Made by a program: the position numbers and the translations under genes. A stretch of 46,427 nt of DNA, taken from NCBI GenBank assembly GCA_963978095.1, contig CAXBQP010000022.1, positions 1-46,427 on the forward strand, in the 5' to 3' direction. The notes under the pieces are model-generated. The model was not told where the DNA came from. It did not search any database and saw only the letters and a program-made list of their open reading frames with translations. Shown in pieces: positions 39,070 to 46,427 of the stretch. Every line of letters starts with the position of its first letter. Positions within the stretch are counted from its first letter, which is position 1. The DNA comes from an uncultured bacterium. GTDB taxonomy: Bacteria > Gemmatimonadota > Gemmatimonadetes > Gemmatimonadales > Gemmatimonadaceae.

Positions 39070-41649
39070 TCAGGGCGTGAACCACCAGGACAGCTTCACG
39101 AGCAGCGTGTTGTCCGGATGCGCGGCGAACAAATCACGGACATCCCGAGGGGCATCGAAGGTGCCCGCATGCAGGTCGCTCTGCGCGCGCCCTTGTTGCC
39201 AAACCACGAACAGAGCACTCGCGGGCCGGTACTCCCAGCGCGCGACGATGTTCGAGTTGAACTGCTTGACGTTGAAGTCGTTCAGTACCGCGCTGGGTCC
39301 GCTGAAGGGTCGGAAGCGATCCGCGTAGGCCGGCGCGCGCGGGCGCGCGAGTTCGCGCCAATCCGCGAAATGTCCGGTCGTCACGAACGGTTGCGCATAC
39401 AGTTGGAACGACAGCGTCGGCGTCACGGTCACATTCGCACGCCCCGTGATCGTCAGGATGTTCTGTTCGAGGCGCGCGAAGGTGTAATGCGTGGTGTCCT
39501 GACCAATCGCCCCGAAATTCGCGACCCACTGCTGATCGTTCACCACATGGTCGAACGACGCCGTGACGGTAGCCGAGTAGCGGCTCGACACGCGCACGTC
39601 GGTGCTGACATCTCCACCGCGGTACCACGAACGTCCGACATCCGAACTCCCGAAACGCACCGCCGCACGCGGAACCCAGTCCGGCCGAGGGTCGCCGATC
39701 AGGTCCACACGCATGCCAGCCTTCGGTGACTGCGTCAGCGCCGGTCCACCGCGCGCACAGCTCACGCAGTTGACGCCGCTCAGATCGCTGCCCGTGAGCG
39801 TCAGGGCCGCGGACCAACTGTTCAGGAAGGTGACGTTGCCGTACAGCTGCGCGACGCGTGCGGCCGGAAGGCCGCCGATCGTCCAGTGCGCATCGACCGA
39901 CACATAGCCGGTAGCCGCCCGCAACCACCGACTCGGCGTTGTCTGCTGCAGGTCGAATCGTTGCGTGATCTGTTCGTCGTTCACCAGCGTCACGAATCCG
40001 AAATCATTCAACTCCATCCCGCCTTCCGCGCGGCGCACATACGTGTCCGAACGCCACCACCCTTTGCGCTTGGTCAACTGTGCCGAGTACGCCATGCCGC
40101 CGAGCGAGGTGCGGGTGGAGTCATACCGCGTGTCGCCGTCCGGGCGCTGGAAGTAGTGCACACTGCTCGTCTGTGTGAGCGCGATCGACGAGGCACTCCC
40201 GTTCACCCGTCCGTTGGCGGTATACGCCAGCAAGCGCCAGGCATCGGTCACGTCGATGTACCCTTGGACGAGTACGGTCGTCGCATCATGTCGGAGCAGC
40301 GGCGAGGTCGCCGCATCGAGCGAACGGCTCACATTCGTGATTTGGGTGCCGAGCTGCGCCCGGCCCCCGTCCCATTCGCGCAGCGCGCGGGCCACGAGAT
40401 AGTTCGTCTGCGGCTCGATGGTCGTGCCCGCGCCGCCGATCACCCGTTCGGTGACCGCGTCCACCAATCCCAATGACACGCCGTTGACGAACTGGCCGGT
40501 CAGCTTCGCGGCGCCGAGGATCGGGGTGAAGGCCACGTCGGTGGCACGTCGCAACTGCGGGGTCCGCCCGATGCGCCGCGAGTAGAACAGCCCCTCGCAC
40601 GGTCCGGAACAGCGGTACAGCCCAGCCCCTTCCTGGAAGAAGGGACGGCGTTCGTCGAAACGGATCTCGAATGCGGACAGATTCAGCACCGCCGGATCGG
40701 CCTCGACTTGGCCGAAGTCCGGATTCACCGTGGCGTCGACCGTGACGTTCGGCGTGAGGCCCGCCTTCACATCGATGCCGCCCGTGGCGCGCGCACGCAT
40801 CGCGGGGCCTGCACTCGCCGCATACGATTCGGTCTTGGCAACGGTATACGGCAACACTTCGAGACGGCGTGGCGACGCAATCCCCGAAATGCCCCGGAGT
40901 GTCCCCAGTTGCGAAATGAGGGCACTGATGGAACGCCGGTAGACCGGCCAGGAATCCCGCTCGTTCAGTCGCGCGATGTCGCGCCAGATCCCGAACCCGA
41001 ACTCGTGAACGTCCTGATCCTTGTACCGCAGTTGGCTGAACGGCACACGGAACTCCGCGATCCAGCCGAGTGAATCAATGCTCACCGCGGCATCCCAGAC
41101 GCCATCCCACGTCGGATCTTCGATCATGTCGCCGTAAATGGCAAAATCCCGCTTCACGCCGGCGGGATTCACCGCCATCTCCACGCCGGTCCGCCGGTCG
41201 TGGAAGGCGTCGATCACGATCTTGAGCTGATCGCTCGCGGTCTTCACATCGCGGCGGCTGAGCAGACTCACGATGCTGTCCGGATGCGGGTCGAACGCAC
41301 GGACGAGGACGTACAGGTTCCGGTCGTCGTACACCACACGCGCTTCCGTGCGGAAGGCCGGGTCGAGGTCCTCCCCCGGATCGAACTGGCGGAAATCACG
41401 CATCGCCGGCGCGAGCTCCCACGCCTCGTCGCGGTCTCGCCCGTCGATGACCGGAGGGCGTGCGGCGCGCACCGCACGCGCCGACATCTCGCGCACCGGG
41501 GGGGGCGCATCGACCGCGGCCGATCCGCCCCCTCCGGTGCGCGGCCGGCCAGACGCCGGTCCGAGGGTCTGCGCCGCGACACCAACGGCCAGGCTACACA
41601 GCAGGACGAGGAGCGCCGGAAGCCGTCGCAGGGAGCAAAGCGAAGTCAC
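39070..41649 (-). CDS. DUF5916-type protein: CBM9-like domain plus probable outer-membrane beta-barrel
   Basis: Signal peptide, PVIDG..EAW, WDGVWD, GWIAEFRVPFSQLRY, TVNPDFGQVEADPAVLNL, ERRPFFQEG, YSRRIGR, amphipathic beta strands, aromatic C-terminus. Confidence 0.78.
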   Translation of the reverse strand: MTSLCSLRRLPALLVLLCSLAVGVAAQTLGPASGRPRTGGGGSAAVDAPPPVREMSARAVRAARPPVIDGRDRDEAWELAPAMRDFRQFDPGEDLDPAFRTEARVVYDDRNLYVLVRAFDPHPDSIVSLLSRRDVKTASDQLKIVIDAFHDRRTGVEMAVNPAGVKRDFAIYGDMIEDPTWDGVWDAAVSIDSLGWIAEFRVPFSQLRYKDQDVHEFGFGIWRDIARLNERDSWPVYRRSISALISQLGTLRGISGIASPRRLEVLPYTVAKTESYAASAGPAMRARATGGIDVKAGLTPNVTVDATVNPDFGQVEADPAVLNLSAFEIRFDERRPFFQEGAGLYRCSGPCEGLFYSRRIGRTPQLRRATDVAFTPILGAAKLTGQFVNGVSLGLVDAVTERVIGGAGTTIEPQTNYLVARALREWDGGRAQLGTQITNVSRSLDAATSPLLRHDATTVLVQGYIDVTDAWRLLAYTANGRVNGSASSIALTQTSSVHYFQRPDGDTRYDSTRTSLGGMAYSAQLTKRKGWWRSDTYVRRAEGGMELNDFGFVTLVNDEQITQRFDLQQTTPSRWLRAATGYVSVDAHWTIGGLPAARVAQLYGNVTFLNSWSAALTLTGSDLSGVNCVSCARGGPALTQSPKAGMRVDLIGDPRPDWVPRAAVRFGSSDVGRSWYRGGDVSTDVRVSSRYSATVTASFDHVVNDQQWVANFGAIGQDTTHYTFARLEQNILTITGRANVTVTPTLSFQLYAQPFVTTGHFADWRELARPRAPAYADRFRPFSGPSAVLNDFNVKQFNSNIVARWEYRPASALFVVWQQGRAQSDLHAGTFDAPRDVRDLFAAHPDNTLLVKLSWWFTP

Positions 41650-41702
41650 GTGGGTGTCACCAGTACTTCACGCCGCTGCGGCGGTTTGACCGACGCGGCA
41701 CG

Positions 41703-43535
41703 CTACGGAACCGTCGGCTTGGGCGGCTTGGCCGGCTTGCTGCCGTTCATGCGCGGGCGAGGGCCGTTCCCGACCTCTTCCACCAGCTTCTCGATGTAGT
41801 TGGTGATCTTCGCATAATGCGGATAGTCGATGAACTCGGGCTCGTCCGTCTTCTGGTGGTAATCGCCATGCAATCCGGTGAAGAAGAAGGCGATCGGTAC
41901 CCCAACCTTGGCGTAGTTGTAGTGGTCGCTGCGGCCATAGATGTTGTTGTAGCCGCTCCACGACAACGAATCATCGAACTTGTAGTCCAGCTGCAGCGGC
42001 TTGGCCTGCTTGGCGTTCACGGCCTTCACGGCGTCGCCCAGATCCTTGGAATCGAAATACGAACCCACGACACCCAAGTAGTCCGGACCGCCGCCCGGAA
42101 GGTCTTCCGCGCGCCCACGACCGATCATGTCGATGTTGAGCTGCGCCACCACCGAATCCAGCGGGACGGTGGGGTTCGCCGTGTAGAACGCCGATCCGAT
42201 CAGCCCGCCTTCCTCGCCGGTATGCCAGACGAACAACGTGGATCGCTTGGGCTTCACCTTCAGACTCGCCATGTACTCGGCGATCTCCAGCACGCCCATC
42301 GAGCCCGAGCCGTCGTCGTCCGCCCCATTGTTCACGGAATCCATGCGCGCTTTCGGAATCACCTTGCGGATGCTATCCATGTTCACCTTAATCGTCGCGA
42401 GCTGCGCGGGCGTCAGGGCGATCATCTTGTTCTCGATGAGCATCTTGTTGCGGATGTCATTGAAGACCTTCAATGAATCCTTGTCGACCGGCACGGTCGT
42501 GAAGCCGACGTGATCGTTGTGCGCGCCGATCGCGACATACTGATGCTTCAGGACAGGATCACTGCCGGGGAGAATCGCGACCACGTTGCGCGCCCACTCG
42601 CTCGGGAGCTCCACGAAGTCGAGCGAGGCCGAGACGGTGCCGCCACGCGTGCCGGGCGTCATGCCGTCGATCCCCCGTCCGCCGAACAGCGTCGCGGCGG
42701 CCGCCTTGGTCACGCGGAGCTGCGCCTGCGGCATGAGCTGATCGAGCTGGCCGCGCATGATCGCGAGCGAATCCACGGGGGCGCCAGGTCCACCCGCACG
42801 TCCACCACGGCCCCCGCGACCACCAGCGCCGCCTTGGGCAGCGACCGTGGGCGTGTTGATCGCCACGCGCTGCGCATCCGTCAGCCCGTCCAGATCGATG
42901 GTCGCGACCGCCACGGCCCCCGCAAAGCGCGACGGAGCCGGCGCGGCAAAGCCGCCGCGGCCCCCTCCGCCACCCGGACCGCCGCGCCCGACCGCTGGCG
43001 CGGCCACCGGAGCGGCCGGGAGCACGACCACGAACTTGCCGTTGGCCGCCGCGGCGGGAATCTGCTTGGTCGTATCACCCTGCGTGCCGCCGAAAATCAC
43101 CTCGACATTGCTGATCGGCTTCGGCGCCGCACTGCCCGGCACCGCCACCCAATCCGCATTCCACGTGAGCGGATTGCCATTGGCGGTCAGCCGCGAATGG
43201 TTCGTGTACTGCTTCGTATGGAAGGGCAGGACCTGGAAATAAGTGCCGTTGTCCCCGGCCGGAATCAGCCCAAGCCGCTTGACCTCCGCGGCGATGTATG
43301 CCGTACCCTTCATGTTCCCGATGCGGCCAACCTGACGGCCGAGCATCGAATCGTCCGCGAACTGGTATAGACGGATTTGGAGGTCCTTTGGCGTGATGGC
43401 GGCCGACGTGGGCGTCGGCTTCAGGGTCGAAGGATTTCCGTAGCGGTTCAGGCCGGTACCCTGCGCGCCCAGCAGCGTGGGGGCAAGGGCGACACCGAGC
43501 AGGATGGCCCGGGAAGAAATGAACGGGGAACGCAT
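41703..43535 (-). CDS. Secreted M28 family metallopeptidase with PA-like insert
   Basis: FADDSMLGR, GAHNDHVG, NGADDDGSG, HTGEEGGL, NIDMIGR, RSDH, DYH. ATG 43535 begins a signal peptide. Confidence 0.88.
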   Translation of the reverse strand: MRSPFISSRAILLGVALAPTLLGAQGTGLNRYGNPSTLKPTPTSAAITPKDLQIRLYQFADDSMLGRQVGRIGNMKGTAYIAAEVKRLGLIPAGDNGTYFQVLPFHTKQYTNHSRLTANGNPLTWNADWVAVPGSAAPKPISNVEVIFGGTQGDTTKQIPAAAANGKFVVVLPAAPVAAPAVGRGGPGGGGGRGGFAAPAPSRFAGAVAVATIDLDGLTDAQRVAINTPTVAAQGGAGGRGGRGGRAGGPGAPVDSLAIMRGQLDQLMPQAQLRVTKAAAATLFGGRGIDGMTPGTRGGTVSASLDFVELPSEWARNVVAILPGSDPVLKHQYVAIGAHNDHVGFTTVPVDKDSLKVFNDIRNKMLIENKMIALTPAQLATIKVNMDSIRKVIPKARMDSVNNGADDDGSGSMGVLEIAEYMASLKVKPKRSTLFVWHTGEEGGLIGSAFYTANPTVPLDSVVAQLNIDMIGRGRAEDLPGGGPDYLGVVGSYFDSKDLGDAVKAVNAKQAKPLQLDYKFDDSLSWSGYNNIYGRSDHYNYAKVGVPIAFFFTGLHGDYHQKTDEPEFIDYPHYAKITNYIEKLVEEVGNGPRPRMNGSKPAKPPKPTVP

Positions 43536-43671
43536 GCAGGCTCCGTCGAAAAGTGTTCGTTCCAAGTCTGGGACGGCGGGTCAGGGACCGCAACGGTCCT
43601 CCCCAACAATAGCCTACGCGCCAGCCCCCGCGGACGCTTGGAGTCATGCCGGCAATCGCTAGTTTCAAGGG

Positions 43672-44703
43672 ATGCAACTGGGACTCTACACCTTCGTGGA
43701 ATCGGGATGGAACGAGGCGAGCGGCACGGTGCCGCCAGCCGCTCCCCGCATGCGGGACCTCCTCGAGGAAGCGGAACTGGCCGACCAGTTGGGCCTCGAC
43801 GTCTTCGGTGTCGGAGAACACCACCGCGCAGACTTCGTGGTATCCACCCCGGCCGTCGTCCTCGCCGCGATCGCAGCCCGCACCTCTCGCATCCGTCTGA
43901 CGAGCGCCGTCACCGTCCTCAGCTCGGATGACCCGGTCCGCGTGTTCCAGGAGTTCGCGACGGTGGATCTCATCTCCAACGGTCGCGCCGAGATCATGGC
44001 CGGCCGCGGATCCTTCATCGAGTCCTTCCCGCTCTTCGGTTATGACCTCGACCAGTACAACGCGCTCTTCAGCGAGAAGCTCGACCTGCTCCTGAAGCTG
44101 CGTGACACCGAAGTCATCACGTGGCAGGGGCGTACGCGCCCCTCCATCGACGGTCGTGGCGTCTATCCGCGACCGGTCCAGCGCCAACTGCCGGTCTGGA
44201 TCGCGGTTGGCGGAACCCCGCAGTCCGTGGCCCGCGCCGCACAACTCGGCATCCCGCTCTCCCTCGCCATCATCGGTGGCGCACCCGCGAACTTCGTCCC
44301 CCTGATCGATCTGTATCGAGACTCCGCCGATCGTGCGGGGCACGGGCGAACCCTCCCGCTCGCCATCGGCTCGCATTGCTTCATCGCCGACAGTGCCCAG
44401 AAGGCCGCCGATACGTTCTATCCGAGTTACGCCGAGGTCATGGGACGCATCGGCAAGGAGCGCGGATGGCCCCCCCTCTCACGCGCCCAGTTCGATGCCC
44501 TCTGCACGCCGCAGGGCGCCCTGCTCGTCGGAAGCCCCCAGCAAGTCATCGACAAGATCCTGTACGAGCACGAACTCTTCGGCAACACACGCTTCATGGC
44601 GCAGATGACGGTCGGCCCGCTGCCGCACGCCGCGGTGATGCGGTCCATCGAACTGTTCGGTACCGTCGTCGCGCCCGCCGTTCGAAAGGCGCTGGGCGCC
44701 TGA
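43672..44703 (+). CDS. LLM class flavin-dependent oxidoreductase (luciferase-like)
   Basis: [47 protein letters not shown]. Confidence 0.9.
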   Translation: MQLGLYTFVESGWNEASGTVPPAAPRMRDLLEEAELADQLGLDVFGVGEHHRADFVVSTPAVVLAAIAARTSRIRLTSAVTVLSSDDPVRVFQEFATVDLISNGRAEIMAGRGSFIESFPLFGYDLDQYNALFSEKLDLLLKLRDTEVITWQGRTRPSIDGRGVYPRPVQRQLPVWIAVGGTPQSVARAAQLGIPLSLAIIGGAPANFVPLIDLYRDSADRAGHGRTLPLAIGSHCFIADSAQKAADTFYPSYAEVMGRIGKERGWPPLSRAQFDALCTPQGALLVGSPQQVIDKILYEHELFGNTRFMAQMTVGPLPHAAVMRSIELFGTVVAPAVRKALGA

Positions 44704-44707
44704 CATC

Positions 44708-45286
44708 ATGCATATCGTGAACGTCGGCTACCGGTCGGTGAACTACTTCGCCGTCGGCCGCACCGGGACGCCATTGCTGGTGGACTGTGGGTGGCCGGGG
44801 AGCATGCCGTTGCTGCTCGCAAACCTCAAACGCGCCGACATCGCACTCTCCGCCTTCCGATACCTGCTCGTGACGCATTTCCATCCCGACCACGCGGGGC
44901 TGGCACAGGAACTCAAACGCGCCGGACTCAAGCTGCTCGTCTTCGAGGGACAGGAGCCGTTCATCCCCCAGCTCGCGCAATGGATGAAACCGGCAATGCG
45001 CTACGACCCGATCACGCGGCACGACAATGTGCAGGTCCCGTTGGCCGACAGCCGCGCGCTCCTCCGTTCGATCGGTATCGATGGACAGGTGATCGCCACG
45101 CCGGGCCACTCCGACGACAGTGTGTCGCTCGTCCTCGACACCGGCGATGCCTTCATCGGTGATCTCACCGCCCCCTTCGCGGTGTCCGAGGAGAATGCGG
45201 CAACGGTCCACGCGAGCTGGGCCGCGATCCGCGCAGCAGGCGGGCGTACGATTCATCACGCACACGCCCCGGTCCGCCAGATCTGA
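44708..45286 (+). CDS. MBL-fold metallo-hydrolase
   Basis: LVDCG, THFHPDHAG (HxHxDH), TPGHS, FIGD, C-terminal His. Confidence 0.87.
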   Translation: MHIVNVGYRSVNYFAVGRTGTPLLVDCGWPGSMPLLLANLKRADIALSAFRYLLVTHFHPDHAGLAQELKRAGLKLLVFEGQEPFIPQLAQWMKPAMRYDPITRHDNVQVPLADSRALLRSIGIDGQVIATPGHSDDSVSLVLDTGDAFIGDLTAPFAVSEENAATVHASWAAIRAAGGRTIHHAHAPVRQI

Positions 45287-45305
45287 CCCGAAATGCTCCG
45301 GATAC

Positions 45306-45343
45306 ACGACGCCCCGATGCTCGCGCGAGCACCGGGGCGTCGT
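45306..45343. terminator. Long GC-rich hairpin between convergent genes, probable bidirectional terminator
   Basis: acgacgccccgatgctc-gcgc-gagcaccggggcgtcgt: 17-bp stem with one mismatch, which is a G:U pair on the minus-strand transcript. Confidence 0.6.
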
Positions 45344-45361
45344 CACATCACGCGCCGTCGC

Positions 45362-46427
45362 CTAACAGCTCTTGCACTTGTGGTTGTTCTTGGCGCCCAG
45401 CTTCTCGAGGTGCGCCAACGTCTCCACGAAGGGCGGGATCCGCTGGACCGGCCCATTGGCCATGTCGGCTGTCGTCTGTCCCTTGCGCGACACGGCCATC
45501 ACATCGACCCCCTTCGACACGAGATAGTCGATCAGTTGATCATCTCCGCGCGCCGCGGCATGGTGGATGGCGTTGTAGCCGTTGAAGTCGCGGGCATTCG
45601 GATCGAGGTGCAAGTCCTCGATCAGATACTTCACCGCCGCGAGCCACGAATCCGGCGCGTGCATGTGCGCATTGGCCGCATAGCCTTCACCGTAGCCCAC
45701 ACCACTGGCCGCGTGCAGCGGATACACCCCGGGGCCGCCGGGCGGAATCGGGGGCAACCCGGATTTGTCGCCGGCCGTACTGTCGGCATCGGCCGGAGCA
45801 TCGTCGCCGAGCGTGCGACCGACCGGCTTCTCGGTGGGAATGTTCGGGTCGGCACCGTACTTGATCAGCAGCTTCATGGCCGGGATGTCCAACCCGTACG
45901 CCGCGCGCCAGAACGGCGTCGACCCCTGCGTGTTCACGCCGAGCAGGTCGAAGTTGTAGGACATGTACCACAGATGCTTCTTGAGCCGCACATTCGGATC
46001 GGCGCCGGCCTTCAACAGCGCCTCCATCAGCTCCAGGTGGGTCGTCTGTTGTTGTTGCTGCGCGACCGGCTGCGGATAGAGCGCCTTCGGCGCCCACTGC
46101 ACATTGATCGTCGCATACAACGGCGTCGCGTTGGCGTCGCTCGCGAGCCTCGGGTTCGCTCCCTTCGCCAACAACATCTTCGCCAGATCGAACTGGCCGT
46201 TGATCGTGGCCAGGAGCAGCGGGCTCGTGTGGTCCCCGGCGCTCACCTGATTCACGTCGGCACCGGCCTTGAGCAGCACCTCGGCGGTCTTCATGTTGCC
46301 TTCTCGCACCGCGAACAGCAGCGGTGTCAGCCCGCCCTTGTTCCCCACGAGGTCGCCATAGCTCGCCCCACGGGTGCCGATCGCCATGCCACCACCCGAG
46401 TCAGCGGGCGAACCGCTCCGCCCGCCT
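45362..46427 (-). CDS. Ankyrin-repeat protein, 5'-truncated by the window edge
   Basis: Repeats GLTPLLFAVREG, TSPLLLATING, ATPLYAT, GSTPFWRAA, GYNAIHHAAARG. The frame is open from 46387 to the window end. Confidence 0.88.
   Translation of the reverse strand, partial: GGRSGSPADSGGGMAIGTRGASYGDLVGNKGGLTPLLFAVREGNMKTAEVLLKAGADVNQVSAGDHTSPLLLATINGQFDLAKMLLAKGANPRLASDANATPLYATINVQWAPKALYPQPVAQQQQQTTHLELMEALLKAGADPNVRLKKHLWYMSYNFDLLGVNTQGSTPFWRAAYGLDIPAMKLLIKYGADPNIPTEKPVGRTLGDDAPADADSTAGDKSGLPPIPPGGPGVYPLHAASGVGYGEGYAANAHMHAPDSWLAAVKYLIEDLHLDPNARDFNGYNAIHHAAARGDDQLIDYLVSKGVDVMAVSRKGQTTADMANGPVQRIPPFVETLAHLEKLGAKNNHKCKSC

Overview
High-GC bacterial chromosome segment with about 39 densely packed CDSs. 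I found no rRNA, tRNA, CRISPR array or mobile element. The gene repertoire suggests a Gemmatimonadota-like organism (inference). The left arm (1-13 kb) holds housekeeping and secreted-enzyme genes: PhzF-like protein, P5C dehydrogenase, REC-DHp regulator, nfo, SWIB protein, lepB, exported Rid, esterase, M24 peptidase, orphan GroES-like protein, bacilliredoxin and an ABC-2 exporter. The centre (13.3-36.9 kb) is a roughly 24-kb glycan locus made of two convergent, mostly translationally coupled gene runs. It encodes a CDP-3,6-dideoxy-4-ketohexose pathway (RfbF, RfbG-like, RfbH/E1), two YerE-like ThDP enzymes, two NeuB-family synthases (one a four-domain fusion), two FkbM methyltransferases and an SDR whose catalytic Tyr is Phe. 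It also encodes a eukaryotic-UGM-like flavoprotein, a GtrB-like GT2, a Wzx-like flippase and three GT-C-like membrane proteins. No NeuA or NeuC is in the window. My main hypothesis is that the NeuB enzymes make 3-deoxy-ulosonic acids used as ThDP acyl donors to build a long-chain C4-branched, O-methylated sugar, which is then delivered by a lipid-carrier/GT-C system. The right arm (37-46 kb) has a tandem-domain M42 peptidase, a DUF5916-like protein, an M28 peptidase, an LLM oxidoreductase, an MBL hydrolase and a partial ankyrin protein. Hand-counted GC skew and gene orientation both appear to flip inside the window, which would fit a replication terminus.
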